Assembly: GCA_964016885.1 (NCBI GenBank)
Contig: OZ024747.1
Span: 41,354,001 to 41,418,000, forward strand
Reading direction: 5' to 3'
DNA length: 64,000 nt
From: Eledone cirrhosa
Taxonomy: Eukaryota
The notes under the pieces were generated by a model that was not told the origin of the DNA, searched no databases, and worked only from the letters and a program-made list of their open reading frames with translations. Shown here piece after piece: positions 39,903-52,704 of this stretch (position 1 is its first letter; every line of letters starts with the position of its first letter). Both the position numbers and the translations under genes were made by a program.

Positions 39903-41744
39903 TCACTCACCCTTCGTCTCCTGTGGACTAGGCTGCACGATTTCCATGGGGGTGTTGGAGGGGTTGTCTGGGTGGGTGGTGGTTTCCGGCGGGGTGGGGA
40001 CGGAGATGTTTGGTGGGGTGGGATCTGGTGGGATGGGGGTGTCTGGGGTGGGGAGACATTTGAGAAGGACGCGGTTAAGTGGTTTCACGGAGGAATTCCC
40101 CACATCCTTTTCAAATGTTTCTTTTAGGGACCTATAAGTTTGTATAGGGACCCTAATCAGTTTTAGGTTCAGTTTTTTGTTATTTTTAATAGAGTGGGCG
40201 AAAGTTTTCCCTTCGTTTTTCACCGAAGGGTTGTTTGTGATGGTCTCCATTAGTGTTTTGTTTTCAGTGTTTATGTAAGTGTAAGTGTAATTTTCTTGTG
40301 TTGTGTTTGTTTTTGTCTGTAGTTCTTGTGTGTGCTTTCGTTTTGTTGTAGGTATTTTGTTTTCAGGAAGTGGGGGTTTTGTTTGTGATGTTTTTGTTGT
40401 TTGTGTTGGTGGTTGTATGTTTGTGGTAGTGTTTGCTGTTTTTTTTGCTTTTGTGATGTCTTTTCTTTCTTTTCGAGCGATGGGGTTCTCCCTCGTCTTC
40501 ACTGGGTGATGGCGAGATAGCCTCATCTGTTGTATTGTCTGTGTGATTGGGGAGGTGTATGTCTTGGGAAGCTATTGTGTCTGTATGTCATTTTGCAGTG
40601 GTTTTAGGTGGAGTGGGGTTGGGTGGGACTGTGTTTGTTGTGGTTATTTTTGTGTGTTGTTGTTGTTGTGGTGGTGGTGGTGTTGGTGGTTGTGTTGTTT
40701 TGATCGGTGTCGGCAGAAGAGTCTTTTTTTTACTCATTAATTTAGGACTGGAATCCCTCAGGTGATCCCTGCTAAAGCAGTGGTAACATGAAGGCCGCCT
40801 ACCCTCAACCGAAAAGTTTATGTAGGTGAGTCCGTCCAGGAGTACACGTTGTGGGGTCATAGCTATTCGCTCTGGGCTCATTTGCACCAGAACTTCAACG
40901 CTAGTCCCATTGAATACATCTCTGGGGGACTTTCCTACTGACAGTATTTTGTCTTTATCAAAATTGATGAAGCCGCACAGTATTCACCATATGTTCACCT
41001 TTGGCGTGACACTCGTGATTTTAATCTTTTGTGTCTTTTCCCATGTATGTAGGGAAAAATGTATACAGGTTGGATACAATTGGCGACAGAGTAACTTTGG
41101 GCCGTCAATTGATCCTTCATGAGTACCGAAATACTCCCAAAGAGTTTGCTTCTTTGAATGAATGAAATATCATTCATTGAATTTTTGAAAACCAGTTCAA
41201 TTTCTTTCTGTGACAATTGGACTGGTTTTCGGGTAAAATTGGAAACTGTCCTAAAAACTATCGTTTTGAGAGCAGTTTCCTTGCGAATTTCTACCGGAGA
41301 ATTGATGCTGAAAGCACCATTCTTTTCGAAAGTGACATATCTCCTAGCGTCCTTTAAAAGTTGTTCGGCATTTGTTATATCAAGATATGTCAGTTCCTCC
41401 TTTTTCTGAACTGTCTGTGCAAAGGAGATTTTTGGTTTCTTTGTGGAATTATCCGTGTTGGTGGTGTTGTCATTATTGTTGTTATTGTTGTTGTTATTCT
41501 TGTTGTCACTGATGTTGATATTATTCGTATTTTCCTTGGTGTTGGTGTTGGTGTTGTTGTCTTTGATGCTGGTATTATTGGTGTTGTCTTTATTTTTTTC
41601 TTTGTTGTTGTTGTCATTGTTGTTTTTATCATCATTATTGGTATTGTTGTTGTTATTGTTGTTGTCATTGTACTGTTTGGTGTCATTTGTGTTGTTTGGA
41701 TATGAATTTGTTTTTACAATTTCATTTCGTCTTTCCATCTCCAT
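39903..41744 (-). pseudogene. LINE ORF1 (gag-like, zinc knuckle), frameshifted
   Basis: SFAQTV motif, CYHCFSRDHL; homologous to 56174-57984. Confidence 0.8.
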
Positions 41745-42085
41745 AGTATCTAGGGAAGAAGACGATGTTGACTGCGAGCTATGTAGTCTTACCGACTCTC
41801 CACCTCCATTATCGTCGAACGCAGCGTTCCTAACGTAATCAAACTTCTTACGATATTTTTTCCAAAATTAGATGGAGAAAAATCTTTCAAACGAATATTT
41901 CGCCTCTGTAGGGGCGAAAATGAGTTGACCCACCACTTGAAGGTCCAGACGGGGGGGTGGGGGTCAAGTTACACAATAATATAAAATTTAACTGAAAACT
42001 CACTTTTTTTCTTACATAAATTAACGGAAACTTCTCCGCGAAGTTACACACGTCTGGTAGAGAAAGATAGATAGATAGATAGATA

Positions 42086-43850
42086 TGTTTCTTTTATTTG
42101 CCACCAGGGCATCAAAAGCGGGACAAGTACAATGGGGGGAGTTTACAAAACAAGGCGTCCTCAATAAGGAGGTGGCAATAACAATATATAAAAATAAAAT
42201 AAAATATAACAAAAAATAAAATTTATAACAAAGTCCTCAATAGAGAGGAGGCGCCTTGGGGGGTCGCACACACCCCCGAAAAAAAGTGTGCCACCCTTTT
42301 CCTCAGGAGCACAGAGAAGGGGTGCTCCCTTGGTCTTTCATCTTCCTCACCTATAGTCTGATGTAGAGTGAAGGCCCATTCACACGGGCCATTCTCGCCA
42401 CTTTCACCCATCTTTCATAAAAACGGCTGGGGTGCAGCACCTCTCTCTCCATCCTGATCCTTCTTCCGAAATGATATCGGAAGAAACGGACCAGTTGTTG
42501 GCCAGAGAGAAAAGTGTCTGACCTCAATCCTTTCAGACGCGTCCACCATACAACCTCTTTCACCATGGCTATTACGCACAGAAACACCGCCTCTTCTTCG
42601 TTTTTGAAGAGGGGAGGCGGCTTGATCGTTACAATAGACTCGGTGGTCAACTGGATCGGTCCCACCCTTGACAGCAGTTGTTCGACATAGCCCCACAGAT
42701 CGGCAATGCCCGAGCAGTGTACCAATGCGTGTGCAACGGTTTCCTCGTCGCACACGCATCTGGGACAGATCTTTTTCGAGGGGTCCCTACCCGGGCGCCC
42801 GTGTCTGTAGAGCCTTTCTCGAACGGGCAGAGCCCTTCTGTAGCATTGCCAGGCCAGGGACCTCTGGAAGTTGTCCATGGGTCCCGGGCTGAATGTCCTA
42901 CCGAACAGGTTTGCCAGTTCGTCTTCCTCCATGCCTAGGGCTTCTCCGAGGGCGTCGTCGCACCTGCTAACCACCAGCCCTCTATAGAATGACGAGGTGG
43001 ATTCTCCACTGACAGCCGGGTCCGCCTGCCAGAGAGCCGTGAGTGCCTGGGCACACTCGGTGTGCCAGGCGCCCAGTTTTCTCGGTCTTTGCTTGACCCA
43101 GGATTTCAGCTCGGTGAGTGAGACGAGTCTGGGAAAGGCTCGCCTCACAAACGGGGCCCACACCGGTTGACCGGAGAGGAATACCTGAAGGTGCCGTAGC
43201 CTTAATGTGTGTTTACGTATCATTAGCCACGGCATCCCCAGCCCTCCTTTCGAAGGGTGTTGACAGCAGATGGATCTTCTCACCATAGGAGCCCGCTTCT
43301 TCCAAAGGAATTGGAAGAGTGCGCGCTCCATTTTGGCGAGCGTTTCCCTTGGGCAAGGCACGACAGTCAGGCGGTAGTAGATGACGGACGCTATATAAGT
43401 GTTCGCCACCTCCGCCCAACCTTTCAGGGACAGTTTGCACTCGGCCCACTTCTGGGTCAGTGCAAACACCCTGTTCGTTACCTCACCCCAGTTCTTCTCC
43501 ACCTGGAGGTCTGGTCCGAACCAGACCCCGAGCAACTTCACCGGGCCCTCCGTCCAGCGCCGGACGACGCCATCGGAGGGCATCGATCTGCCTCTCCACG
43601 TGCCGAGTTGCAGACCGATCGACTTGTCCCGGTTCAGCTTAGCCCCTGTAAACCTTTCGTACTCCTCCAGTAAGGTACCGATCGCCCCGATTTCCGAGAC
43701 CGTCGACACCATTACTGTTACGTCATCGGCGTAGGCTGACACCGCTTTCCGCAATCCCGGTTCCAACGGGATGCCCTGCAACAACTCCAACTTCCGCAGC
43801 AGTGGCTCTAGAGTCATTACATACAGAAGGGAGGAGAGAGGGCACCCCTT
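42086..43850 (-). mobile_element. L1/Tx1-type LINE copy 2, 5'-truncated, flanked by (GATA)n on both sides
   Basis: 488-aa open ORF2 C-terminal half (YADD onward); (ATAG)n at about 42066-42085 and 43851-43925. Confidence 0.92.
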
Positions 43851-43926
<76 letters not shown>

Positions 43927-44022
43927 GCATATACGCATATATATGTGTGTATGTATGTGTATATTTATACATATAATTATATATAGAGAGAAAGTCATAG
44001 ACATAGATATAGATATATAGAG

Positions 44023-44115
<93 letters not shown>

Positions 44116-44334
44116 ATTATATATATATATATATATTGAGAGAGAGAGAGAGATGTATTTTTATATATGTGTGAGTGTGTGCGTACAAAGAGGAAGAGAG
44201 AGAGAGATTCATGAAAATAGGCTAAAAAAAGTATATTTAAAGACCGACAAACGAAGAAGTAGGCGGGATGGAATCATTCTATTTGTCACGCAAAAATAAC
44301 ATGTCCGAGAAGCTCGCTACAAACGGAACACCGG

Positions 44335-44452
44335 GCATTATAATAAATGTTCGGTAAATCCATACGTACATATATATGTGTGCATGTATGTATATATATA
44401 TATACATACTACTGTACGTCTGTATACATATATGTATGTACGTGTACATACT

Positions 44453-44455
<3 letters not shown>
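44335..44455 (+). mobile_element. Fragment of the 24733-25588 HHR family (3' part, no ribozyme)
   Basis: cattataataaatgttcggtaaatccatacg..tactactgtacgtctgtatac. Confidence 0.7.
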
Positions 44456-44500
<45 letters not shown>

Positions 44501-44670
44501 TGTGTACATATATATAGCCTTGTAGTGACTATATTTCATAATTTTACTCAATCCAAAGGAAATTCAAACCAATGTCTTCAATAATACACACAAGCACATA
44601 TTTACACGCATACATATATAATGTATCTCTCTAGTTATCTATATATCTGTCATATATATATATATATGTG

Positions 44671-44720
<50 letters not shown>

Positions 44721-44723
44721 GAT

Positions 44724-45516
44724 AACTTTCTTTTTATTTGCCACCAGGGGATCAAAAAGTGGGACAAGTACAATGGGGGGAGTTTACATAAAAAGGCGTC
44801 CTCAATAAGGAGGAGGCAATAACAAAATATAAAAATAAAATATATAATATAACAAAAATAAATTTAATAACAAAATCCTCAATAGGGAGAAGCCGAAAAA
44901 AGTGTGCAACCCTTCTCCTCAGGAGCACAGAGAAGGGGTGCTCCCTTGATCTTTCATCTTCCTCACCTATAGTCTGATGTAGAGTGAAGGCCCATTCACA
45001 CGGGCCATTCTCGCCACTTTCACCCATCTTTCATAAAAACGGCTGGGGTGCAGCACCTCTCTCTCTCCATCCTGATCCTTCTTCCGGAATGATATCGGAA
45101 GAAACGGACCAGTTGTTGGCCAGAGAAAGGTGTCTGACCTCAATCCTTTCAGACGCGTCCACCATACAACCTCTTTCGCCATGGCTATTACGCACAGAAA
45201 CACCGCCTCTCCTTCGTTTTGGAAGAGGGGAGGCGTCTTGATCGTTACAATAGACTCGGTGGTCAACCGGATCGGTCCCACACTTGACAGCAGTTGTTCG
45301 ACATAGCCCCACAGATCGGCAATGCCCGAGCAGTGTACCAATGCGTGTGCAACGGTTTCCTCGTCGCACACGCATCTGGGACAGATCTTTTTCGAGGGGT
45401 CCCTACCCGGGCGCCCGTGTCTGTAGAGTCTTTCTCGAACGGGCAGAGCCCCTCGGTAGCACTGCCAGGCCAGGGACCTCTGGAAGTTATCCATGGGTCC
45501 CGGGCTGAATGTCCTA
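44724..45516 (-). mobile_element. L1/Tx1-type LINE copy 3, heavily 5'-truncated
   Basis: Close to copy 2 3' end; (TAGA)n at the 5' junction. Confidence 0.9.
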
Positions 45517-45849
45517 GATAGATAGATAGATAGATATAAGTGTGTATATATGAATGTGTACAAAAGGAATTTTAAGATGCATTGCAGAAACGATTTCTAT
45601 GAAAGCTACGACAGTCGAATGGATATATATTACTTTACACTTAAATGTGGAGGGGGGGGCGTGTGTGCGCGCGTGTTATAATTGTTAATACAAATTGCCG
45701 GTCTTCTAGATGTTAAATATGTAAAAGTGAACGAAAGTAGAAAGAGATACACAATAGATATTGTAGACAATATGTTTTATTTAAACTAAATGTTCATTCC
45801 CGTTACTCGAATTTCATGCCATTGCGATCTTCTGATGTCTCGAGAAGTC

Positions 45850-46700
45850 AGCATAGAGAATTACGATGCAGACCTTACCGAAGATAAGATTGACCTGTTT
45901 TCTAGGACTGCCTTTGGGCTTGCCTTCAACACAGAAAAGACCAAGTTTATGTAAATACCACATACCGGCATCATGTCAAGACATTTGGAAGAATCCGCCA
46001 AAAATGCCTAAGGCGTATTTGGAACATTATGTAACAGTTACTTACACCTGACACCATTATTCTACGGTGGGTTAATATATCCAGCATATAAAAACTGCTC
46101 ATTCGAAACCAACTGCGTTGTGCAGGACATTTAAAGCGGGTGGGAGATGGGAGGTTGCCTAAGCAAATTTGGTATGGCGAGTTAATTCTTGATAAATGCC
46201 CCGGACATAAACCCAAGAAACGTCTCGGGGATGTTGTCAAAGGTAACCTGAAGATATTAGTGTTAAGGATTGGGAAGACGAGTAGAGAGTAGATCTGGCT
46301 GGATAAATCTGGTTTACGATGGTTGCGATCACTTTGAGGTCAAAAGGATTGTACATTCAGTGTTTAAAAGAGCACTTCGGAAAGTTCATGTAGACTCAGT
46401 CCTTGAAAACAGTCAGTTAGAGCATATATGTAACATGTGCGGAAAGGTTGTTCTTTCTCGAGCTGGGCTTGCTAGTCATTTAAGAGCTCACAGCAATCAG
46501 CAATCTGGGGCCGATTTGTTGATTTCCTCCCTGAAAGGTCTGTGAGATATCCGTGTCAGTTTTGCAACAGTTTGTAGGTCAGTTGGTGGATTCAGAGGCA
46601 CATGAAAGTGCATAAGAAGCAAGTTACATTCAAGACTATCCAAAAGCCTTATGTGCCTCACATCTGTAGAAAAGTATGCAGGAGCGAGGCAGGTTTATTT
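45850..46700 (+). pseudogene. Degraded RTE-clade LINE C-terminal region
   Basis: QLRCAGHLKRVGDGRLPKQIWYGEL..PKKRLGDVVK; C2H2 finger CNMCGK..SRAGLASHLRAH. Confidence 0.8.
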
Positions 46701-46840
46701 TCATTTGTACCAATAACTGTGTATATATTGCAACGTATTTCGAAATATTTACTTCTGCGTTCACAGATTGATTTTTTTAGTTTCAGAAGATCCCGTTAAG
46801 GGTGAAAGCAGCGATTCTTTGCTTAAACTTTAATCTGTTA

Positions 46841-46870
<30 letters not shown>

Positions 46871-46871
<1 letters not shown>

Positions 46872-47083
46872 GTTAATATATATAGGAACAAGTATAACCC
46901 CGAGGGCAGAGCTCAAGCCGTTTCGACGGCTATTCCTGGATTTTTTTAGTCCAGAAATAGCCGTCGAAACTGCTTGAGCTCTGCCGTCGAGGTCATACTT
47001 GTTCCTATTACCCACTCTACAACCCTAAGTATTGAGTACTTTGGTGCGTTATGGTCCATCTGGTTCCTTACCACAATTCCTTC

Positions 47084-47131
<48 letters not shown>

Positions 47132-47252
47132 AACAAGTAAGACCCCGACGGCTGAGCTCAAGCCGTTTCGACGGCTAATTCTGGACGACCTAAGTATTGA
47201 GTACTTTGGTGCGTTATGGTCCACCTGGTTCCTTACCACATTTCCTTCGTTA
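46871..47252. repeat. Fold-back element (46871-47088) plus an internally deleted second copy (47126-47252) in (TA)n
   Basis: taggaacaagta..tttcgacggctattcctgga / tccagaaatagccgtcgaaa..tacttgttccta; shared right extension. Confidence 0.8.
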
Positions 47253-47254
47253 TA

Positions 47255-47899
<645 letters not shown>

Positions 47900-47907
<8 letters not shown>

Positions 47908-48558
47908 ATACTTGGAGAGGGTCATATTGTTGTAATACTATTGCCAGAAATAATAACAGAACACACTCACTGTTTGGTTGGTTTTCTTCGCTTCTGCATC
48001 TTTTATATCTCCATAGTAAATTTATTTGGCCATCAATGTTTATCATTGACTGACCAACGGTCGAAAATACAGATATGAATATATATATAGTCTATCAAAG
48101 TTCTTTCGTTGCACATCTGCAACATCATCAGTGGTACTATTATCATGTTTCCCCCTATTGTGTTGTGTTTACGCCATTTTTATTTTATTTATTTGTTTAT
48201 TTTTGTCTCCATCTCTGCGTATGAGTTTGTGTGTTTGTATAATGTTTGGTGTGTGTGTTTGCGTTTTGGTGTATGTGTTTTGGTTTTTGTATTCTATCTT
48301 TGTTTATTAGTGTGTGTTTATATGTGTTTGTTATTGTACTTGTGTATATATTTATTTATTTATTTATATTTCTCTTAAGTCAGTATTGTTTGTTTGGGTA
48401 TGGTTTTTGTTGTTATTCCATTCATTTTTTCTGTTTAGCTTTGGCTTTCTAAGCTCTATTTCGCTCGCTTCTCTGATTTTCCTACCTCTTGGGCCATTTC
48501 TATGTTTAGATATTATTTTAATTTCTATGTTGTCTATGTTACCGTCATGTTTATAACA

Positions 48559-48560
<2 letters not shown>
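47900..48560 (-). mobile_element. 5'-truncated relative of PLE-1 (GIY-YIG C-terminus plus 3' region)
   Basis: HDGNIDNIEIKIISKH..REASEIELRKPKLNRKNEWN aligns to the PLE-1 C-terminus; tip resembles 17230-17260. Confidence 0.85.
48093..48136 (-). ncRNA. Minimal hammerhead motif in the PLE-1 relative
   Basis: Minus strand: tacca CTGATGA t gttgca-gatg-tgcaac GAAA gaac TT tgata; stem II differs compensatorily from 17388. Confidence 0.75.
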
Positions 48561-48622
<62 letters not shown>

Positions 48623-48715
48623 AGTTTATGTTGGTTGTATACCAACACCTCAGTATGCAGGCTGGAGCACTCGACGAAGTGCGCAGGCTGGTTTGGTTAC
48701 TCCGGAGTAGTGTAA

Positions 48716-48899
48716 AATAAAGTTAAATAAAAGTCAAATGATTAAAATTTAGCTTCGTTTATTACTGACCTCTTCAGGCAGTTTGAATTAGTATACTAAT
48801 TCAAACTGCCTGAAGAGGTCACAGCCAAAGATGGCTGTCACTGAAATATATATAGCAGTAATAAACGAAGCTAAATTTTAATCATTTGACTTTTATTTA

Positions 48900-48905
<6 letters not shown>
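48716..48905 (+). mobile_element. Short fold-back element with HHR
   Basis: Palindrome centred at ttagta|tactaa (about 48793). Confidence 0.75.
48805..48859 (+). ncRNA. Type I hammerhead ribozyme motif
   Basis: actgc CTGAAGA ggt-c-acagcca-aaga-tggctgt-c-act GAAA tatata TA gcagt. Confidence 0.82.
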
Positions 48906-48929
<24 letters not shown>

Positions 48930-48934
<5 letters not shown>

Positions 48935-49112
48935 TCTACTTTTGGCACAAGGCCAGCAATTACTCAGTGCATTACTGGTACTTTGTTTTATCGACCTCGT
49001 AAGGATGAAAGGCAAAGTTAACCTCGACGGGATTTGAATTCAGACCGTAAAGGGACGTAACTATGCTGGAAAGCATAGCATCCGACTCTGTACCGATACT
49101 GCCAATTCCCCG
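48930..49112 (-). mobile_element. SINE family A
   Basis: Reverse complement of consensus. Confidence 0.88.
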
Positions 49113-49814
49113 ATATATTGAAAGTAAGCTTGCTTATTGTAAGCTGCTTAACTATAAATAGCTGAACAGATTAGACATATAGAAACGGACAAATTTCAAA
49201 TTCATACATTAAAATTTTTGATTTACTTAAGGCTTCGTAAAACTATTCTTTCTTTGTTTATTTAAATATATATACATTCTTTCCATGACAGTGTATAAAA
49301 TGGGAATCGGAAAATGTAAAATAAAAAAACATAATATATAAACTCTGTGCCCAACAGTGAAATTAAAAATAGCTGGCCCATTAAATTACTTATACAGTCC
49401 ATCCAGCGGGCTTCTAATCTGCTTCAGTTTACCCGCCTTGCCTGAGGTTAAGGTAAATAACACTTGCTCAAAATACCACGCAGTATGATCGAACCCTAAT
49501 GATTGCAAAGCAATTCTATTATAATCCGTCCACAAGACATGAAGACATGAAATCAAATAATCGCTTAACCTTCTCTTTCACCCCCAGCGTCAGTAATAAG
49601 CATTACAGAATGAAATTAAACGAATGGCGATGTCATCGCATTTCTCATTATTTAAACGACATTGAAAATAGGCGCGATATTTTGGGCTCCTTCCTTTTCT
49701 GTCCACTGTTAATTTCAAACTTTAACTGCATTTATATATAAGCAGCAATATTCTATTAATATCTCCTCTTTGTTAGCAGCTTGTTGATCACATCACACTA
49801 GTTATCTTGCTGTT

Positions 49815-50129
49815 AAGGCTCGTGACTTAGTGGTTCGTGTGTTCGGCTCACGATCGTAAGGTTATGATTTCGATCTCCGACAGTGTTTTGTTTCTTTGAG
49901 CAAGTTACATTATTTCCTGTTGTTCCAGTCCACACAGCTGACAAACATGAGTTGTATCTGTGATTCAAAGGGTCAGACATGTTACACATTGTGTCGCGCT
50001 GAATCTTCCTAAGAACTACGTCAAGAGTACACATGTCTATAAAAAGTTCAACCACTTGCACGTTAATTTATTGACCAGACTGTTTCAACTGGAACACTCG
50101 TCATCGAAACCGACGGAGGTCCAATACCC
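49815..50129 (+). mobile_element. tRNA-derived SINE (family C) with 14-bp TSD
   Basis: tgacttagtggtt A box, atttcgatctcc B box; TSD agttatcttgctgt at 49800-49813 and 50130-50143. Confidence 0.85.
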
Positions 50130-50876
50130 AGTTATCTTGCTGTACCAAGTACTAGAAATACAAATATATGTAAAAAGATACACATACCTTAATGTGTATG
50201 AGATTATTATGTTTTTTTAGTTTCATTTCTTTTCAGTCATCAGTTTTATATTATTGCTCCAACATTTCATTATTATCGTATTATATCTTATGATAACTTA
50301 CACGAAAAGAAGTATTTTTCTTTTCCCTTTATTTGCATATGTATTATTTCTGTTATAGCTATAATGTTCAATTGTGTAAGATTATGTTTCACTGTTTTTG
50401 ATAATTGTGGCTTTTTGTAAAGTTGTTTACAAGCAAAACGATCGCATTAGAATTTTCGATATTTTCGTCTCCTTTATATTCGCTCTGTAAATTTTAAAAT
50501 TTTACAACTTTTCTATATAACAGTAATTTTCTATTCAATCCTCGTCGTCGTTTTTCGCTGTTAGTGGAATCATACAAGTCGTCTTAATGCTGCAAGTGCT
50601 AGAAACACGAGTTTGTTGGAGCGCTTTTAATGGGTTTTCAGAATAAAGCGTTTGTAAAACAATTCTCGATATTTTTGGCTCCACCCGTTACATTCCGCTA
50701 TTACTTTAGAAATTCTTTGTTAAATCTTCTTTAAAATCCGCTGATGGCAGCATCACACCAGTTATTTTACTACTGCGACTCTTTACAATATAGCCATACT
50801 CTACTACTCCAAGTATCGAGTACTCTGTTGAGTAATGGTCTAACTACTTTTAAACTGGTTTTATCCTGACATACAC

Positions 50877-50915
<39 letters not shown>

Positions 50916-52704
50916 AACTTCCATAGACTTTATAACACTAACGCTCATAAAACTGTATCAAAACTGAGGTCAAATTTGATTATAACTTGTTACCCTGCTC
51001 TCTGCTAACATACTTTACACAAGAAAAGTATGAACCTGACTGGGCTACTGGGCTTCCAATAATCCAGTGAAATTCCAATGGTGGTGCATATCTCCGCTCT
51101 AAGCGTAAAGAAAATTTTGCAGAACGTTAAAATCAATCTAAACTGAGTGAATTAGGGCATTTTTAAACATCCTTTTATCTGAATTACCTTAAAGAAGAAT
51201 AGCCCCAAAATGTCAGATTCCGCTTCTCTCTCTCCCAACCACAGTATAAAAACCTTTTAAAACTCACAAACTTCACTGTATAATTTTTTCTGCCACAAAA
51301 TTCCGCCAATTTCAACCTAGCTATAAAAGTAACAGTTTAGGACAACTGGCGTGGTTCACAAATACCCCTAGGTTCCTTCTGCGATATATAGAAAAACAAA
51401 ACAATGCACTGCACTTGGTCATAGACTGAATTCTTCATGTGTTCAGCCTCATCTGTTACTTTCCGATATTGAATTCTATGTGTCATAACCTTTGTCTATG
51501 AGCTGTAAATCTCTATCACGATTTCCTATTTGCTATCCGTTGATGAAAGCATCACACCGCTTATCTTTTTACTGTGAATGTTTAAAACTTGTATGTCAAT
51601 TTCTAATGTCCTTTCGTTTTAGTCTCTTTTTTTAATATATTTCATTATATTATTTCGCTAAACATTAATACATTTCATGTTTGTCATGCTCTCGGGATGT
51701 TTTAAATGATAAAATTATTTTCGTTATATTTGAGAGATATTTATTTCTAGTATTATTTTAATGCTCAATTCTGTATGTATATGTGAAATTACTATATCGC
51801 TAAATATACAAAATATTCGTACTTATATGTATACAGTAATGTTATAGCGAACACCTTAATTCTACTTTTTTTAATGTTATTTTCTGTTATTACCACTAAG
51901 CAAAGATATTGCAACACAATCCTCGATATTGTTTGCTCCTTCCGTTATTTCCCGGTGTTTTTATAGTTCACTCGTTTTCTGTATAAGCTATAATTGTTTT
52001 CACTATAAATTGTTCACGAAGGCCTTTAGTTTATATAAACACCCTTTCTCTTCCTTTCGAAACTGGTTTGTTTCTATAATGTTTAATCATGTCCATCGAT
52101 TTTTAACTATTTTTTAATATCAAGTTTCCTTAATGGGAGTTGTTTTCTACCATTTTTACAAGAACCCGAATAACATTCTCGATAATTCCATCTGTTTGAC
52201 TACTAATTCTTATAATACTCAACTGTTGTATTTAGGTAGTTATATTCTGTTAAGTGTTCTCCCTTACTATTTGCTGTTGACTTAATCACTCTTGTGAGTG
52301 TTACTAAGATCAGCATGTGTTCAGAAAAGATATATTTAACATGTATTTTCATATGTATATATATTTCATATATTTGTATATTCGGTACAATTTATGTACA
52401 TGTTATGTAGAGGCAGATGGGAGGGATAGATATAGAGAGGGGGTGATAATTGATATAAATTTCTATTTATTTGCCACCAGGGCATCAAAGATTGGGACAA
52501 ATACAAAGGGGGGAGTTTACATACATTTAAAAAGACGTGTAAAAAACATATAACAAATTAAATTTAACAATCGATGTCCTCAATAAGGAGGGGCATTGAC
52601 ATGGGTCGCACACACCCCGAAAAAATGTGCAACCCTCCTCTTCAGGAGCACAAAGAGCGGGTGCTTCCTTCCTCTTCTCATTCTTCTCCTCTCTCACCTA
52701 CAGG

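Larger units (their letters stand above)
36205..42056 (-). mobile_element. Full-length L1/Tx1-type LINE, copy 1 (disrupted)
   Basis: 5' end agacgtgtgt; ORF1 with CCHC knuckle; ORF2 APE-RT-Cys domain; 3' aataaag then (CTAT)-type repeats. Confidence 0.92.
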
